Below the pieces are notes generated by a model that saw only the letters and a list, made by a program, of their open reading frames with translations, searched no databases and had not been told where the DNA came from. Positions 49,601 through 57,440 of a stretch of DNA of 64,000 nt are shown piece after piece. Both the position numbers and the translations under genes were made by a program. The DNA comes from a virus, in IMG/VR virus record IMGVR_UViG_3300026257_000002, positions 68,523 through 132,522 of that record; one strand, 5' to 3'. Every line of letters starts with the position of its first letter. Position 1 is the first letter of the stretch.

Positions 49601-52457
49601 ATTGATTCCATCCTCCACCATATCCACCAAAAGCTCCGCCACCGCCACCACCTGTACCACCATTAGCAGATGTACCATTACCACCACTCCATCCCTGCGT
49701 GGAACCTACAGAGATGGAAGTTACAATTATATTTGAAGTAGTGCCGGGTGTTGCAGTATAAAATGTGTTTGCAGCAGCACCGCCGCCTCCACCGCCTCCA
49801 CCAGCGACTGCTAAAACTGTAGACCCCATACGAATAACTGTAGCAGATCCACCACCGCCTGCTGATGCATCAGTTCCCCAAGTTTCTTGGCCACCAGAAG
49901 TAGATCCACCAGGACCACCACTGTAATATCCATATCCTCCATAACCACCAGTATCGTTTCCCTGGCTTCCAGTACCATTACCACCATTACCACCAACTTC
50001 AAGTGTTAAAGTTTGGCCACTAACGTTAGTAAGCACACCAGATATTTTCTGACCTTGACCACCCGTTCCACCATTCTGACTGGAGAAACCAGAGCCTCCC
50101 TGCATTACTGAAGAATTACCACCATTACCACCCTTAGCACCATGAATAGTATATTTAACCGTAGAAATTCCAGCTGGGATTTCTACCGTATTTGTACTGT
50201 TATATGTTTGATTAAATGTTGTCGCTGCAGCAGCTCCTGAAGCAACACCACCAGCGCCACCCGCACTTTGAGTACCACCATCACCACCAGTGATAGACGC
50301 ATCAAGATCATTTCCATCACCGGCTATTAATCCTCCACCAGCACCACCAGCAATATTGCATCCATAACCAGCAGATGGAGCTTGATCCACAGTAAGTGTT
50401 GACGGGAAAGATCTCCCAGGGCCCCAAATAATTCTTACGGCACCCTTTCCAGGAACTCCTCCATATCCACCTGCCGCCCATCCTCCACCTTCATTAGTTC
50501 CACCAGATCCGCCACCATAAGCACCACCATCACCACCCTCATGCCATCCTGATTGATCTCCATCTTCACCACCAGATCCACCATATCCACCATCTCCACC
50601 TGAACCAGTAGATGGAGCACCAGAACCATTATTACCCTGGCCATAAACGCCTACGCCGCCTCCACCGCCACCTTTACGTTTACCGGCATTTGTACCTGTG
50701 TTTGAGTGCCCTGCACCGCCGCCACCTCCACCTCCAGATCCAGCAGATCCAAAAAGTGTGGAAGCATTGCCACCATTGCCGCTATATCCACCAGCACCGC
50801 CGCCTCCGCCGCCCCAATTCGTCGCACTGCTTCCAGTACCACCACTACCGCCGCCGTTGCCAACATAACTTCCACCAGTCGCTCCATTCCAACCATTTAC
50901 ACCACCACCACCTTTTACAGTGCTGGTATTGATGAAATAAGAGTCTCCTCCATTCGCACCACCTGCTTGTCCTGGAGAACCTACGACAACCAAATATGTT
51001 TGTCCTGGTATTACTGAAATATTATTTTTCCAACCAAGACCGCCGCCGCCACCTCCGGCACCGCCGCCACGACCACCAGCACCAACACAAACAACACAAC
51101 ATGAAATTACACCAGCAGGTACTGTCCAACTATGATATCCAGGAGTATCATATAACTCTTGTCCTTCTGAACTACCAAAAGCTCCACCAGTACCACCACC
51201 AGCACCACCTGCAATAGCAAGAGCCTTTGATTGAGATAAGATATTACCTTCAAATATACCAGCATATCCACCGCCTGCTTCAGCAGAACTTCCACTAGTG
51301 GAAGATGTGGTAAAACCTTTACCACCATTCAATACCACAAAAACACTTTCAGTTGGTAAAATAGGAACACCTGCTTTTGTGTAACCACCCTTACTAGCAC
51401 ATGCTCCTTGCCCCCATAGGTCAGAAAGAAATCTAGTTCTTCTGCTGTCTAATGAAGTAACTGTGTATGAATTACTGGATGCCGGATCTAGAATTAATGC
51501 TCCATCTCGCTCAAGACTCCAAAATTCTGTAGTCTTAGCAATACCATCAATAGTAACTTGATAAATGGGGGGAACTACTCTAAAATCAGCACCATCAACA
51601 ATCAATGTAACAATAGATGAGGTTATAGTGTTTGCAAGAGGATTAGTTAAGACACATCTATACTGATCACCATTATCCTCATATGTATCCAATACTGACG
51701 TAGTAAAAGTTGCAGTATATCTAGCATCTACACCGGTTCCCGAAACATATACCATGACACCATTTGCATCAACAATATCCTCCCAACTATTAGTATTATT
51801 TTCTTTTATTTGCCACTGATAATTAATTACATCACTACTAATTGCTGCAACAAGATCTAAAGTAATTGTATTACCAGCAACAGCAGGAGATGTTAATGCA
51901 GGTTGTGTTGTAATAGCAATTGCTCTACGAACCTCAATTAAAAATTCACCAGTATATTGAGGAGCGTTTACTACAGTTGCACCATGAGTAATTTCACAAC
52001 GATATGAATCACCATCATCATTCGCAACACTCATCCCTGCTGGAATTGAATATGTTGTAGAGTTTGCACCAGCAATATCAACCCAACTATTAGTTCCTGA
52101 ATCTTTGAGCTGCCATTGATATTGCAATAATAAAGGATCTGCTATATTAGTGCCAGCAGTTATTGTTAGAACATAGTCAAGTATTGTTGGTTCCTCTAAT
52201 TGAATGATAGTATTTTCAGTTGGAGTAACATTATTAATGACTGGTACTAAATCTTCAAGACTAGTGGATCCACCTCCATCACCTCCACTAGGAGGATTTT
52301 CAGGATCAGAAATATTAACAGTTGATGGTCCACTACCTGATTGCATCAATGCGATATCAGTTTCAGTTACTACATACCAATCAGCAGGAGATACCTGACG
52401 TTCTTTGCCGTCTTTCGGGATATATTGAACATGATTGCTAAATGGTTGTATTCTCAT
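46614..52457 (-). CDS. Ig-domain / polyglycine adhesin-like protein (1947 aa)
   Basis: Three Ig-like domains (YQWQ/FQWQ...YRC) and multiple GGGGG-rich domains; translationally coupled to PAAR. Confidence 0.8.
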   Translation of the reverse strand: MRIQPFSNHVQYIPKDGKERQVSPADWYVVTETDIALMQSGSGPSTVNISDPENPPSGGDGGGSTSLEDLVPVINNVTPTENTIIQLEEPTILDYVLTITAGTNIADPLLLQYQWQLKDSGTNSWVDIAGANSTTYSIPAGMSVANDDGDSYRCEITHGATVVNAPQYTGEFLIEVRRAIAITTQPALTSPAVAGNTITLDLVAAISSDVINYQWQIKENNTNSWEDIVDANGVMVYVSGTGVDARYTATFTTSVLDTYEDNGDQYRCVLTNPLANTITSSIVTLIVDGADFRVVPPIYQVTIDGIAKTTEFWSLERDGALILDPASSNSYTVTSLDSRRTRFLSDLWGQGACASKGGYTKAGVPILPTESVFVVLNGGKGFTTSSTSGSSAEAGGGYAGIFEGNILSQSKALAIAGGAGGGTGGAFGSSEGQELYDTPGYHSWTVPAGVISCCVVCVGAGGRGGGAGGGGGGLGWKNNISVIPGQTYLVVVGSPGQAGGANGGDSYFINTSTVKGGGGVNGWNGATGGSYVGNGGGSGGTGSSATNWGGGGGGAGGYSGNGGNASTLFGSAGSGGGGGGGAGHSNTGTNAGKRKGGGGGGVGVYGQGNNGSGAPSTGSGGDGGYGGSGGEDGDQSGWHEGGDGGAYGGGSGGTNEGGGWAAGGYGGVPGKGAVRIIWGPGRSFPSTLTVDQAPSAGYGCNIAGGAGGGLIAGDGNDLDASITGGDGGTQSAGGAGGVASGAAAATTFNQTYNSTNTVEIPAGISTVKYTIHGAKGGNGGNSSVMQGGSGFSSQNGGTGGQGQKISGVLTNVSGQTLTLEVGGNGGNGTGSQGNDTGGYGGYGYYSGGPGGSTSGGQETWGTDASAGGGGSATVIRMGSTVLAVAGGGGGGGGAAANTFYTATPGTTSNIIVTSISVGSTQGWSGGNGTSANGGTGGGGGGAFGGYGGGWNQSGNHQSGAGGGGGGGYYNQEYHATSDLETSTSNTPYITIEYEIMGEHGQDGTALIGGDGGGFVNAVGQSNFLSPGTHYWTCPNSVYRVSAVCIGGGGHGWGNTTNSITPGGGGGLGWKNDIMVVPGQTYTIVVGAAGYGGGDSYFIDTSTVKGGGGYGLGGAGGFVGDGGGNGGQGIGVWGGGGAGGYTGDGGQGGYSTFSNYPTAGSGGGGSGGGGISFPAAGGGGVGIYGKGADGAAGGLNLNGGSGGSGGSGGGSGGSDGGGNGGIYGGGAGVGSTDKPGGYGGNGAVRLIWGKGRSYPSTLTTDQTTVTVTTSGGTSGAGGGGGYWGGGGAASGSSGSSAGGGGSGYVASTVNGTTGSFANETHLNRGTAGEESQNSRVVINPTYIEITSNPESSLVNDGDTITFSVSALVVNGDGDPVTFQWQKKISGIWTDIAGAISATYTTPTLTIANTNEFYRCVLSNQYCADKNSEEVITLVAAPLETDFVITNPGSTNIPIPSSASEFTFKIWGAGGSGVGEGFPVRGGSGGFAMGTISIPDSNTNAITVFVGATGLGSPSGMSGYGAGRGGQRSEMIFGNNVVYVGGGGGTGQAGNGGFGGGASRVGGAGDGTFSPGGGGTLGGPGQGNGVPTSGRNGGGAGGGFPYNTGNRGGGGGSGYWGGGGGGGGNGTTGQSGGGGGGSGYIVANVTNYNTSDGSKGSHPYTPAPYSTDPDYVTGHGGSGENGLAVIKFLLEDQLVMTGLTSSTTSDISTLSSTLTLTENVLLSPLDGDYDVVVKCRGGSPSGTGAYVQGTIRMTSGNIYRLYYDSDYAAVFFGTNNIGNKCIMLGAQGGAQGNGVYGGVGAGGNAGYPSGNAGSNLNASGGGGGGTTSGYRSGSGGGGGYPGASDGYTGSWGGNGGFLSRGHGGNGVDGSGGKGGMGYYGGGGGGGGWDLEYNAGGEFGGGGGGGSSYYGGLPKPSINSYSPAEVIVSNPSAGNESGGVQIQIISVTAV

Positions 52458-52765
52458 GCCAAGTAAACCGTTTTTGCTCCATGGAGTAAAGGAAACGATC
52501 CAGTAATACCTAATGCTAGATCACCAATTCTTAATGCTGCCTTACCTTGAACGAATACTTTAGGTGATCCTACAATAACCCTTGCTATATGTGTTTTACA
52601 GCATTTGGGACATGGAACTATTTCTTGATAAGGTATAGTCTTATCACCTATAGTAGCATTTGCCATCTGCATTGAAAAGACCGTAGGAGCTCCTTCACCC
52701 TGTATTGGTGTGTTGCAACGATTAATATATACTTTTCCTATCGTACCTGCAGATCTTAATGCCAT
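52454..52765 (-). CDS. PAAR-family spike-tip protein
   Basis: GSPKVFVQGKAALRIGD, CPKCCKTH putative metal ligands, GAKTVY ending. Confidence 0.85.
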   Translation of the reverse strand: MALRSAGTIGKVYINRCNTPIQGEGAPTVFSMQMANATIGDKTIPYQEIVPCPKCCKTHIARVIVGSPKVFVQGKAALRIGDLALGITGSFPLLHGAKTVYLA

Positions 52766-52772
52766 TATATTC

Positions 52773-53903
52773 CTATGGTAATGTATCTACTTTAATCTTA
52801 TATTGCGTAAAATTACTTGTTTCAATTTGTTGATTATATAGGTTTTGTTCTGGTGTTAATTCTTTATCTTCTACTTTCACTACAGTAGGTGATGTGACTT
52901 CAATATCAGTTGTGGGGAATGTTTGACCAAGACGTTCATTTTGTTCATCCTGTGATCTTTGTCTTTCATTTAGAATTTCTTCTAAGATCTTAGGCCAATC
53001 ACCAGTATTATTATTAATTACCTGAGTAATTGTATGAACATCAGTTCCAGTCTGAGTAGCACTACTATATCCCATTCTTTCTAAAATCTTGTCCTGATTA
53101 TCTGAATTAATAAATCCTGCCCATATTCCAAAACTTATATGAAGTTGCCAATCTACTTCAATCTGAAATGTAAGTGTGGTATCTTCTCGCTGATCAGGAA
53201 TAAATTTATATAAATTATCGAACTTATCTGGTAATTCGTAAAGACTGTTTACTTCAAACGTTTGAGATGTGTAATCTTTATTTCCATAAGTATTGGGATC
53301 TTCATCAAGATATCCGAATTCATTATAGCAAAACACACCACCATTATAAGAACCTTGAATACTTAATGTGTTCCAATCAGGTACAGTAAATGTAGCTGCA
53401 TCTGTTACTCCATCTGCATCTACACTAGTAATAAACGAAAAAGCAATATTACCTGCAGGTGTTGGATTTTGCACAAAAGCAACCCCACTACCTCTTCCAT
53501 CTGCTTTAGAAAGCACGTCACGATTAAACCAATCACCTCTCTCATTCTGTGCAATACCATCACCATTAGGACCACCAGTATCCACCCACCTCATCTCGGT
53601 AGGAATACGAGCAACATGGATACCCACATATGCGCCGGAAGGTCTAGAACTGCTAGAACCATACCTATAACCTCTAGTATTATAGTTTGAACGGTTATTA
53701 TACTTGATACCATTTCTTCCTGCTCCAGTCGTTTGTGTTGGGGGTGCTGCAACTTCTGCAGATGTTGACTTAACTTCAAAATTAAAACTATTATATAAAT
53801 CTACATCAGGTAATATCGGTGATTCTGCACCACTTAGATAATCGTAATTATCTGTAGATCCAGGAAGACCATTATATTTACTATAAACTATGGTGTATGA
53901 CAT
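52773..53903 (-). CDS. Hypothetical structural protein (376 aa)
   Basis: Long ORF directly upstream of PAAR; no family recognised with confidence. Confidence 0.7.
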   Translation of the reverse strand: MSYTIVYSKYNGLPGSTDNYDYLSGAESPILPDVDLYNSFNFEVKSTSAEVAAPPTQTTGAGRNGIKYNNRSNYNTRGYRYGSSSSRPSGAYVGIHVARIPTEMRWVDTGGPNGDGIAQNERGDWFNRDVLSKADGRGSGVAFVQNPTPAGNIAFSFITSVDADGVTDAATFTVPDWNTLSIQGSYNGGVFCYNEFGYLDEDPNTYGNKDYTSQTFEVNSLYELPDKFDNLYKFIPDQREDTTLTFQIEVDWQLHISFGIWAGFINSDNQDKILERMGYSSATQTGTDVHTITQVINNNTGDWPKILEEILNERQRSQDEQNERLGQTFPTTDIEVTSPTVVKVEDKELTPEQNLYNQQIETSNFTQYKIKVDTLP

Positions 53904-54085
53904 TTGGTTTCAAGTTCTGCTACCTTATTATGAAGATAATCTAATGTATCAGTTAATGTTTCATAATCTTCACTTTCAGGGCGTTTATAACGCAACTCTG
54001 GGTTGCACAATTGTGATACAACTACTTCAAGATTATTTATGCGCTCAAGCACGTCCTCAAAGTCAAACCATTCTTCATTTGCCAT
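53888..54085 (-). CDS. Conserved hypothetical protein
   Basis: 65 aa, LRYKRPESEDYETLTDTLDYLH; collinear and overlapping its neighbours. Confidence 0.65.
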   Translation of the reverse strand: MANEEWFDFEDVLERINNLEVVVSQLCNPELRYKRPESEDYETLTDTLDYLHNKVAELETKCHTP

Positions 54086-54257
54086 AAACTTCTCCTCGCT
54101 TTATAATATCATTGCACCAGTACGTTGCTTCTTTCTTTGTTTTCCATTGTTTTGCTTTATCTAATTCCCCCCAAACCCTATCATTATGATAATACATCCA
54201 TTCACTGTTAATATAACGTGAAGAATTCTTTTCTCTTACATACCATTTTTTAGCCAT
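54075..54257 (-). CDS. Hypothetical protein (Trp/Lys-rich)
   Basis: 60-aa ORF overlapping both neighbours on the same strand. Confidence 0.6.
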   Translation of the reverse strand: MAKKWYVREKNSSRYINSEWMYYHNDRVWGELDKAKQWKTKKEATYWCNDIIKRGEVYGK

Positions 54258-54396
54258 AGTACTTTACCTTTATTTCATCTGTAGTTATATTTAACGATTC
54301 TACTTCCGGTATAATAGTTTCAATGTAATCCATTGCATCCTCATAATTTTCAAAGATCATTTCCTTATTATCTTTAACCTGTACTCCTACTTTCAT
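54250..54396 (-). CDS. 48-aa hypothetical protein
   Basis: Manual translation MKVGVQVKDNKEMIFENYEDAMDYIETIIPEVESLNITTDEIKVKYYG; AGGAG RBS upstream. Confidence 0.65.
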   Translation of the reverse strand: MKVGVQVKDNKEMIFENYEDAMDYIETIIPEVESLNITTDEIKVKYYG

Positions 54397-54688
54397 ACTA
54401 ATCTCCTATTAATGCTAGACTCAGTATCAAAGTAGAGCACACTAGCGAACGGGTTATTATCAAGAAAATTTCTGACAACAGCGAGACTGAAGTATATCTT
54501 TCCAGTGCCACTTTCTCCAGCAATGGCATTAATGCTATTACTACTGAAGCCCCCAAATATACTGCCTGAACACAACCCATTAAAGATACAACTTCCTGTA
54601 TCAATGGATTCTTCGACAGAACTAATCTCATCTGCCAACTTCGCGAAGTCTTCAATTTGTACTCCTACTTTCATATTAATCCCCTATT
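54380..54688. repeat. 31-bp direct repeat pair (54380-54410 and 54658-54688)
   Basis: tgtactcctactttcata(c/t)taatc(t/c)cctatt, 29/31 identical. Confidence 0.95.
54393..54674 (-). pseudogene. uvsX: Truncated UvsX/RecA-family fragment (93 aa)
   Basis: IDTGSCIFNGLCSGSIFGG...INAIAGESGTGKIYFSLAVVRNFLDNNP...VLYFDTES matches the N-terminal part of T4-like UvsX; stops well before Walker B. Confidence 0.85.
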
Positions 54689-54907
54689 ACGAAGATGGAC
54701 AATAGTTTCATTTGCTCCACCAAGTACTTGATCATCATTCATTACTCTTGGAAATGATGCACCATACCCAAACTTCTTAATGAAATCTTCCTTCGTGAAA
54801 TTACGATCTAACATTAATTCAATATAATTCTCTCCTATTGTTGTTAAAACTTTCTTGATATTAGCACAATAAGGACAATTTTTCTTACTATAAATTGTAT
54901 ATGACAT
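54671..54907 (-). CDS. Glutaredoxin
   Basis: IYSKKNCPYC active site, SFPRV, LGGANE. Confidence 0.92.
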   Translation of the reverse strand: MSYTIYSKKNCPYCANIKKVLTTIGENYIELMLDRNFTKEDFIKKFGYGASFPRVMNDDQVLGGANETIVHLRNRGLI

Positions 54908-54927
54908 TTTTTACTTAGGGTGAACTA

Positions 54928-55095
54928 CTATTCTACATCAAGTTCATATTGCTCGTCAAGCTTTCGCTGCACACCAAACAATACTTCCTCATACTCACCA
55001 CTGTCATATTCATCAGCATTTTCTACTGCAATCTCTAATGCGTTTAAAATCACATCCATTTCATGCTCTGATAGATCTATATGAATATTTTCCAT
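54928..55095 (-). CDS. 55-aa acidic hypothetical protein
   Basis: Manual translation MENIHIDLSEHEMDVILNALEIAVENADEYDSGEYEEVLFGVQRKLDEQYELDVE. Confidence 0.6.
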   Translation of the reverse strand: MENIHIDLSEHEMDVILNALEIAVENADEYDSGEYEEVLFGVQRKLDEQYELDVE

Positions 55096-55213
55096 AACTA
55101 CTTCGTTTTATTTTTTTTATATAGTCTTCTTCATACTTAAAGCTCGAGCGTATAAGACTTTCTGAAATATTCCCAAGTATAGATACATTATTGTTATTAT
55201 GCATATTACTATT

Positions 55214-55420
55214 ATGAAGTTTATTCTTCCTGTATTGGTGGCAATGATACTACTGGTCCCACAACCAGCAGATGCATGGAACCAAAGGAAACGAAATGTA
55301 TGGGCGGATTTTGGAACTAGCATAGCATTTCCTTTGGTCTTTACTATTATCCTGTGTGGTGGATTACACTATACTTGGCCCGTTAACTATAAGGGAAATG
55401 GGGGTAGCAGACGAACTTAA
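55214..55420 (+). CDS. Small membrane protein
   Basis: Signal-like MKFILPVLVAMILLVPQPADA followed by a second hydrophobic segment; start position uncertain. Confidence 0.5.
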   Translation: MKFILPVLVAMILLVPQPADAWNQRKRNVWADFGTSIAFPLVFTIILCGGLHYTWPVNYKGNGGSRRT

Positions 55421-55643
55421 TATGATGGAATGGCCACCATATAGTTCTACATACTTTGTGAAGGACATCCCTTCTAGACCCGTGAAAAATATTAAATGGT
55501 CAGCATATATTTTATTAGAATCAAATCGATTAACTAAAGTAGAATTTATTTGTGAATCTAATTTAAAACAAGATGCCGAGCAGAGATGTAAGGCACTTTA
55601 TGGTGTATCTGATGTACGACAATTAAAAAGAGAATGGAATTAA
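55398..55643 (+). CDS. Hypothetical protein
   Basis: MGVADELNMMEW...KVEFICESNLKQDAEQRCKALYG; likely ATG at 55398. Confidence 0.65.
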   Translation: MGVADELNMMEWPPYSSTYFVKDIPSRPVKNIKWSAYILLESNRLTKVEFICESNLKQDAEQRCKALYGVSDVRQLKREWN

Positions 55644-55807
55644 ATAATAAAAATCCTCTTAGTCCAGTGAAGCTGGTAAGAGAAACTTACTCTCACTGGT
55701 TACAAAAGAATATAACTGAGGTACAGGTACAGTTTAAGAATGAGGAACCTGCATGGATTCCTTATGATACATTACTAGCAGTGCAGGAAGCTAAAAAATG
55801 GAATTAA
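55634..55807 (+). CDS. 57-aa conserved cyanophage protein
   Basis: Manual translation MELNNKNPLSPVKLVRETYSHWLQKNITEVQVQFKNEEPAWIPYDTLLAVQEAKKWN. Confidence 0.7.
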   Translation: MELNNKNPLSPVKLVRETYSHWLQKNITEVQVQFKNEEPAWIPYDTLLAVQEAKKWN

Positions 55808-56040
55808 ATGCTAAGAATGTTATAGAAGTACTTAATGAACTTCTACCTTATATTGAAGCAGATGGCGGATTCTTAGAGTTTGTTGAGATAGACTACACCG
55901 GAGAAGGTGGAGTAGTAAAGGTCAGACTAGGTGGTGCATGTTCTACCTGTGCTATGAGTTCTCAGACTCTTAAGATGGGTATAGAGAGGAAATTGATGAT
56001 GGAAATACCTGAAGTAAAAGAAGTTGTTCAGGTTCTCTAA
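55798..56040 (+). CDS. nifU: NifU C-terminal (Nfu-type) Fe-S cluster scaffold/carrier
   Basis: PYIEADGG.LE.V......V.VRL.GACSTC.MS..TLKMGIERKL signature with CxxC. Confidence 0.92.
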   Translation: MELNAKNVIEVLNELLPYIEADGGFLEFVEIDYTGEGGVVKVRLGGACSTCAMSSQTLKMGIERKLMMEIPEVKEVVQVL

Positions 56041-56123
56041 CACTGTTATGAAACACTCATAATACTAGTTAATAATACCTACTATCAAAATAAATATTAG
56101 TGTTGCGTTGGGATTGAAAGATC

Positions 56124-56312
56124 ATGCCCCAGTCACATTATACGGTTCAGTATTTAGACCAAACTAAGCACCATCAAAGTATTGGTGTATATGCAGAAGA
56201 TGCTTTTCATGCAAGGAATCAAGCAGTACACGACGTACCATATCTTCAGCAGCATCCTAGTTCGATAGATTGTATTCTATCTGCAGGATCGCAATTTTGT
56301 ACAGTAATTTAG
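56124..56312 (+). CDS. Small His-rich protein resembling marine cyanobacterial hypotheticals
   Basis: YAEDAFHAR..A..DVPYL..HP..IDCI. Confidence 0.65.
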   Translation: MPQSHYTVQYLDQTKHHQSIGVYAEDAFHARNQAVHDVPYLQQHPSSIDCILSAGSQFCTVI

Positions 56313-56315
56313 ATC

Positions 56316-56417
56316 ATGAAACACGAAATTATGTGGTGGATGAGCCGACTCACCATCATGGGAACTTCACTTTTCCTATCAATGACACTTGCAGCAAAAG
56401 CATATGCCATGCAATGA
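56316..56417 (+). CDS. 33-aa hydrophobic peptide
   Basis: Manual translation MKHEIMWWMSRLTIMGTSLFLSMTLAAKAYAMQ. Confidence 0.6.
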   Translation: MKHEIMWWMSRLTIMGTSLFLSMTLAAKAYAMQ

Positions 56418-56557
56418 GTAAGGAAGATTGTCTTATAATATTAAAACGCTTCGGTTATTCTGGTAAGAATGCCGAGGCATGTGCAGAAGAGTGGGTTGAT
56501 AAATTCAACGTCTCTTTTGGTCTCGTGAAATACTATGAAACATATTTTAATAGGTAA
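56414..56557 (+). CDS. 47-aa hypothetical protein
   Basis: MSKEDCLIILKRFGYSGKNAEACAEEWVDKF...; ATGA overlap. Confidence 0.6.
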   Translation: MSKEDCLIILKRFGYSGKNAEACAEEWVDKFNVSFGLVKYYETYFNR

Positions 56558-56562
56558 GTATT

Positions 56563-56697
56563 ATGATATTACAATTTGCACATTTTATTGCCGGACATAC
56601 AACCTTCTTAATATTAGGTAGTAGTCTTATGTTGGCACCAATTTACTTTTTCTGTATAGACTCTATCCAAAATACTCATAGATATCAAGGTCATTAA
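56563..56697 (+). CDS. 44-aa single-pass membrane peptide
   Basis: Manual translation MILQFAHFIAGHTTFLILGSSLMLAPIYFFCIDSIQNTHRYQGH. Confidence 0.55.
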   Translation: MILQFAHFIAGHTTFLILGSSLMLAPIYFFCIDSIQNTHRYQGH

Positions 56698-56720
56698 AAA
56701 GCCTAGATAGTAGGTGTAAA

Positions 56721-57035
56721 ATGAATCCAATCTTTGATATATTATTTTCTATAACCTGGGTAGTGCTTCTAGTAGGTGCTATTAGACTTATGGCAAATGG
56801 ATGGAATCTAATGACGACAGAACCCTATAAAAAACAACCAGAAGGCCTTCCTGTCCATCCAGAGATGGCAGATGTTCCTGATGGTGAAGAATTAATGGTT
56901 GTTAATTTCGAGAAAGTAAATAAAGAAATAGATCCTTTACATGCATCATTACAGGATCGTATTAATCAACTCCAACAAGATGATAATGAAGACGAGGATG
57001 ATGATGGTGGAGACATTGTTGCCCTGCGCCGCTAA
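56721..57035 (+). CDS. Membrane-anchored protein, DUF2973-like
   Basis: N-terminal TM helix then HPEM.DV..GEELMVVNF; acidic tail. Confidence 0.6.
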   Translation: MNPIFDILFSITWVVLLVGAIRLMANGWNLMTTEPYKKQPEGLPVHPEMADVPDGEELMVVNFEKVNKEIDPLHASLQDRINQLQQDDNEDEDDDGGDIVALRR

Positions 57036-57062
57036 ATAATAGTAATATTTGGTATCCAGAAA

Positions 57063-57302
57063 TTGACGGAACAAAGCATGGAGACCAAGATAGCAGTCTT
57101 GGAAGCGAAAGTAGATCACATGATGACTCATACCAAGGAGCTTACAATCAGAGTCCGTGCTAACGAAAAGGTAGTTGCATCCGTTAGTCTTTTGGGAGTT
57201 ATAGCATGTACCATTATTGGTGCAGGTTATTTTGCACCTAAAGCAGAAGCTACTCCTATAAATAATAGTAATATAGTTAACTTTCCCTATGAAATTGAGT
57301 AA
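57063..57302 (+). CDS. Coiled-coil plus TM hypothetical protein
   Basis: IAVLEAKVDHM...RVRANEK followed by a hydrophobic segment. Confidence 0.6.
   Translation: MTEQSMETKIAVLEAKVDHMMTHTKELTIRVRANEKVVASVSLLGVIACTIIGAGYFAPKAEATPINNSNIVNFPYEIE
57257..57264 (+). promoter_or_regulatory. T4-type late promoter TATAAATA
   Basis: Exact motif about 25 nt upstream of the ATG at 57289. Confidence 0.55.
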
Positions 57303-57420
57303 ACCTTTGGTGCATTTAAGATTGCATCAATGTCAGTTCTTTTACTGGGATCCAAAGATAGATCCTAGAGAACCAGAATATATTGGAGACCTACATGATG
57401 GGTCTTTTTTTATGCTATAA
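57289..57420 (+). CDS. 43-aa hypothetical protein
   Basis: Manual translation MKLSKPLVHLRLHQCQFFYWDPKIDPREPEYIGDLHDGSFFML. Confidence 0.6.
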   Translation: MKLSKPLVHLRLHQCQFFYWDPKIDPREPEYIGDLHDGSFFML

Positions 57421-57440
57421 TATATCTGCCAGTATATACT

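Noticed and set aside
46599-52398. Many 60-150-aa alternative-frame and antisense ORFs rich in His/Pro/Thr/Val
   Set aside because: They are shadows of GGT/GGA/GGC codon runs in the Gly-rich gene, with no independent RBS or family motifs. The same applies to the shadows in 16288-17725 and in the other long genes.
52440-52470. Programmed frameshift fusing PAAR to the downstream adhesin
   Set aside because: This is an ordinary ATGA overlap with no slippery heptamer.
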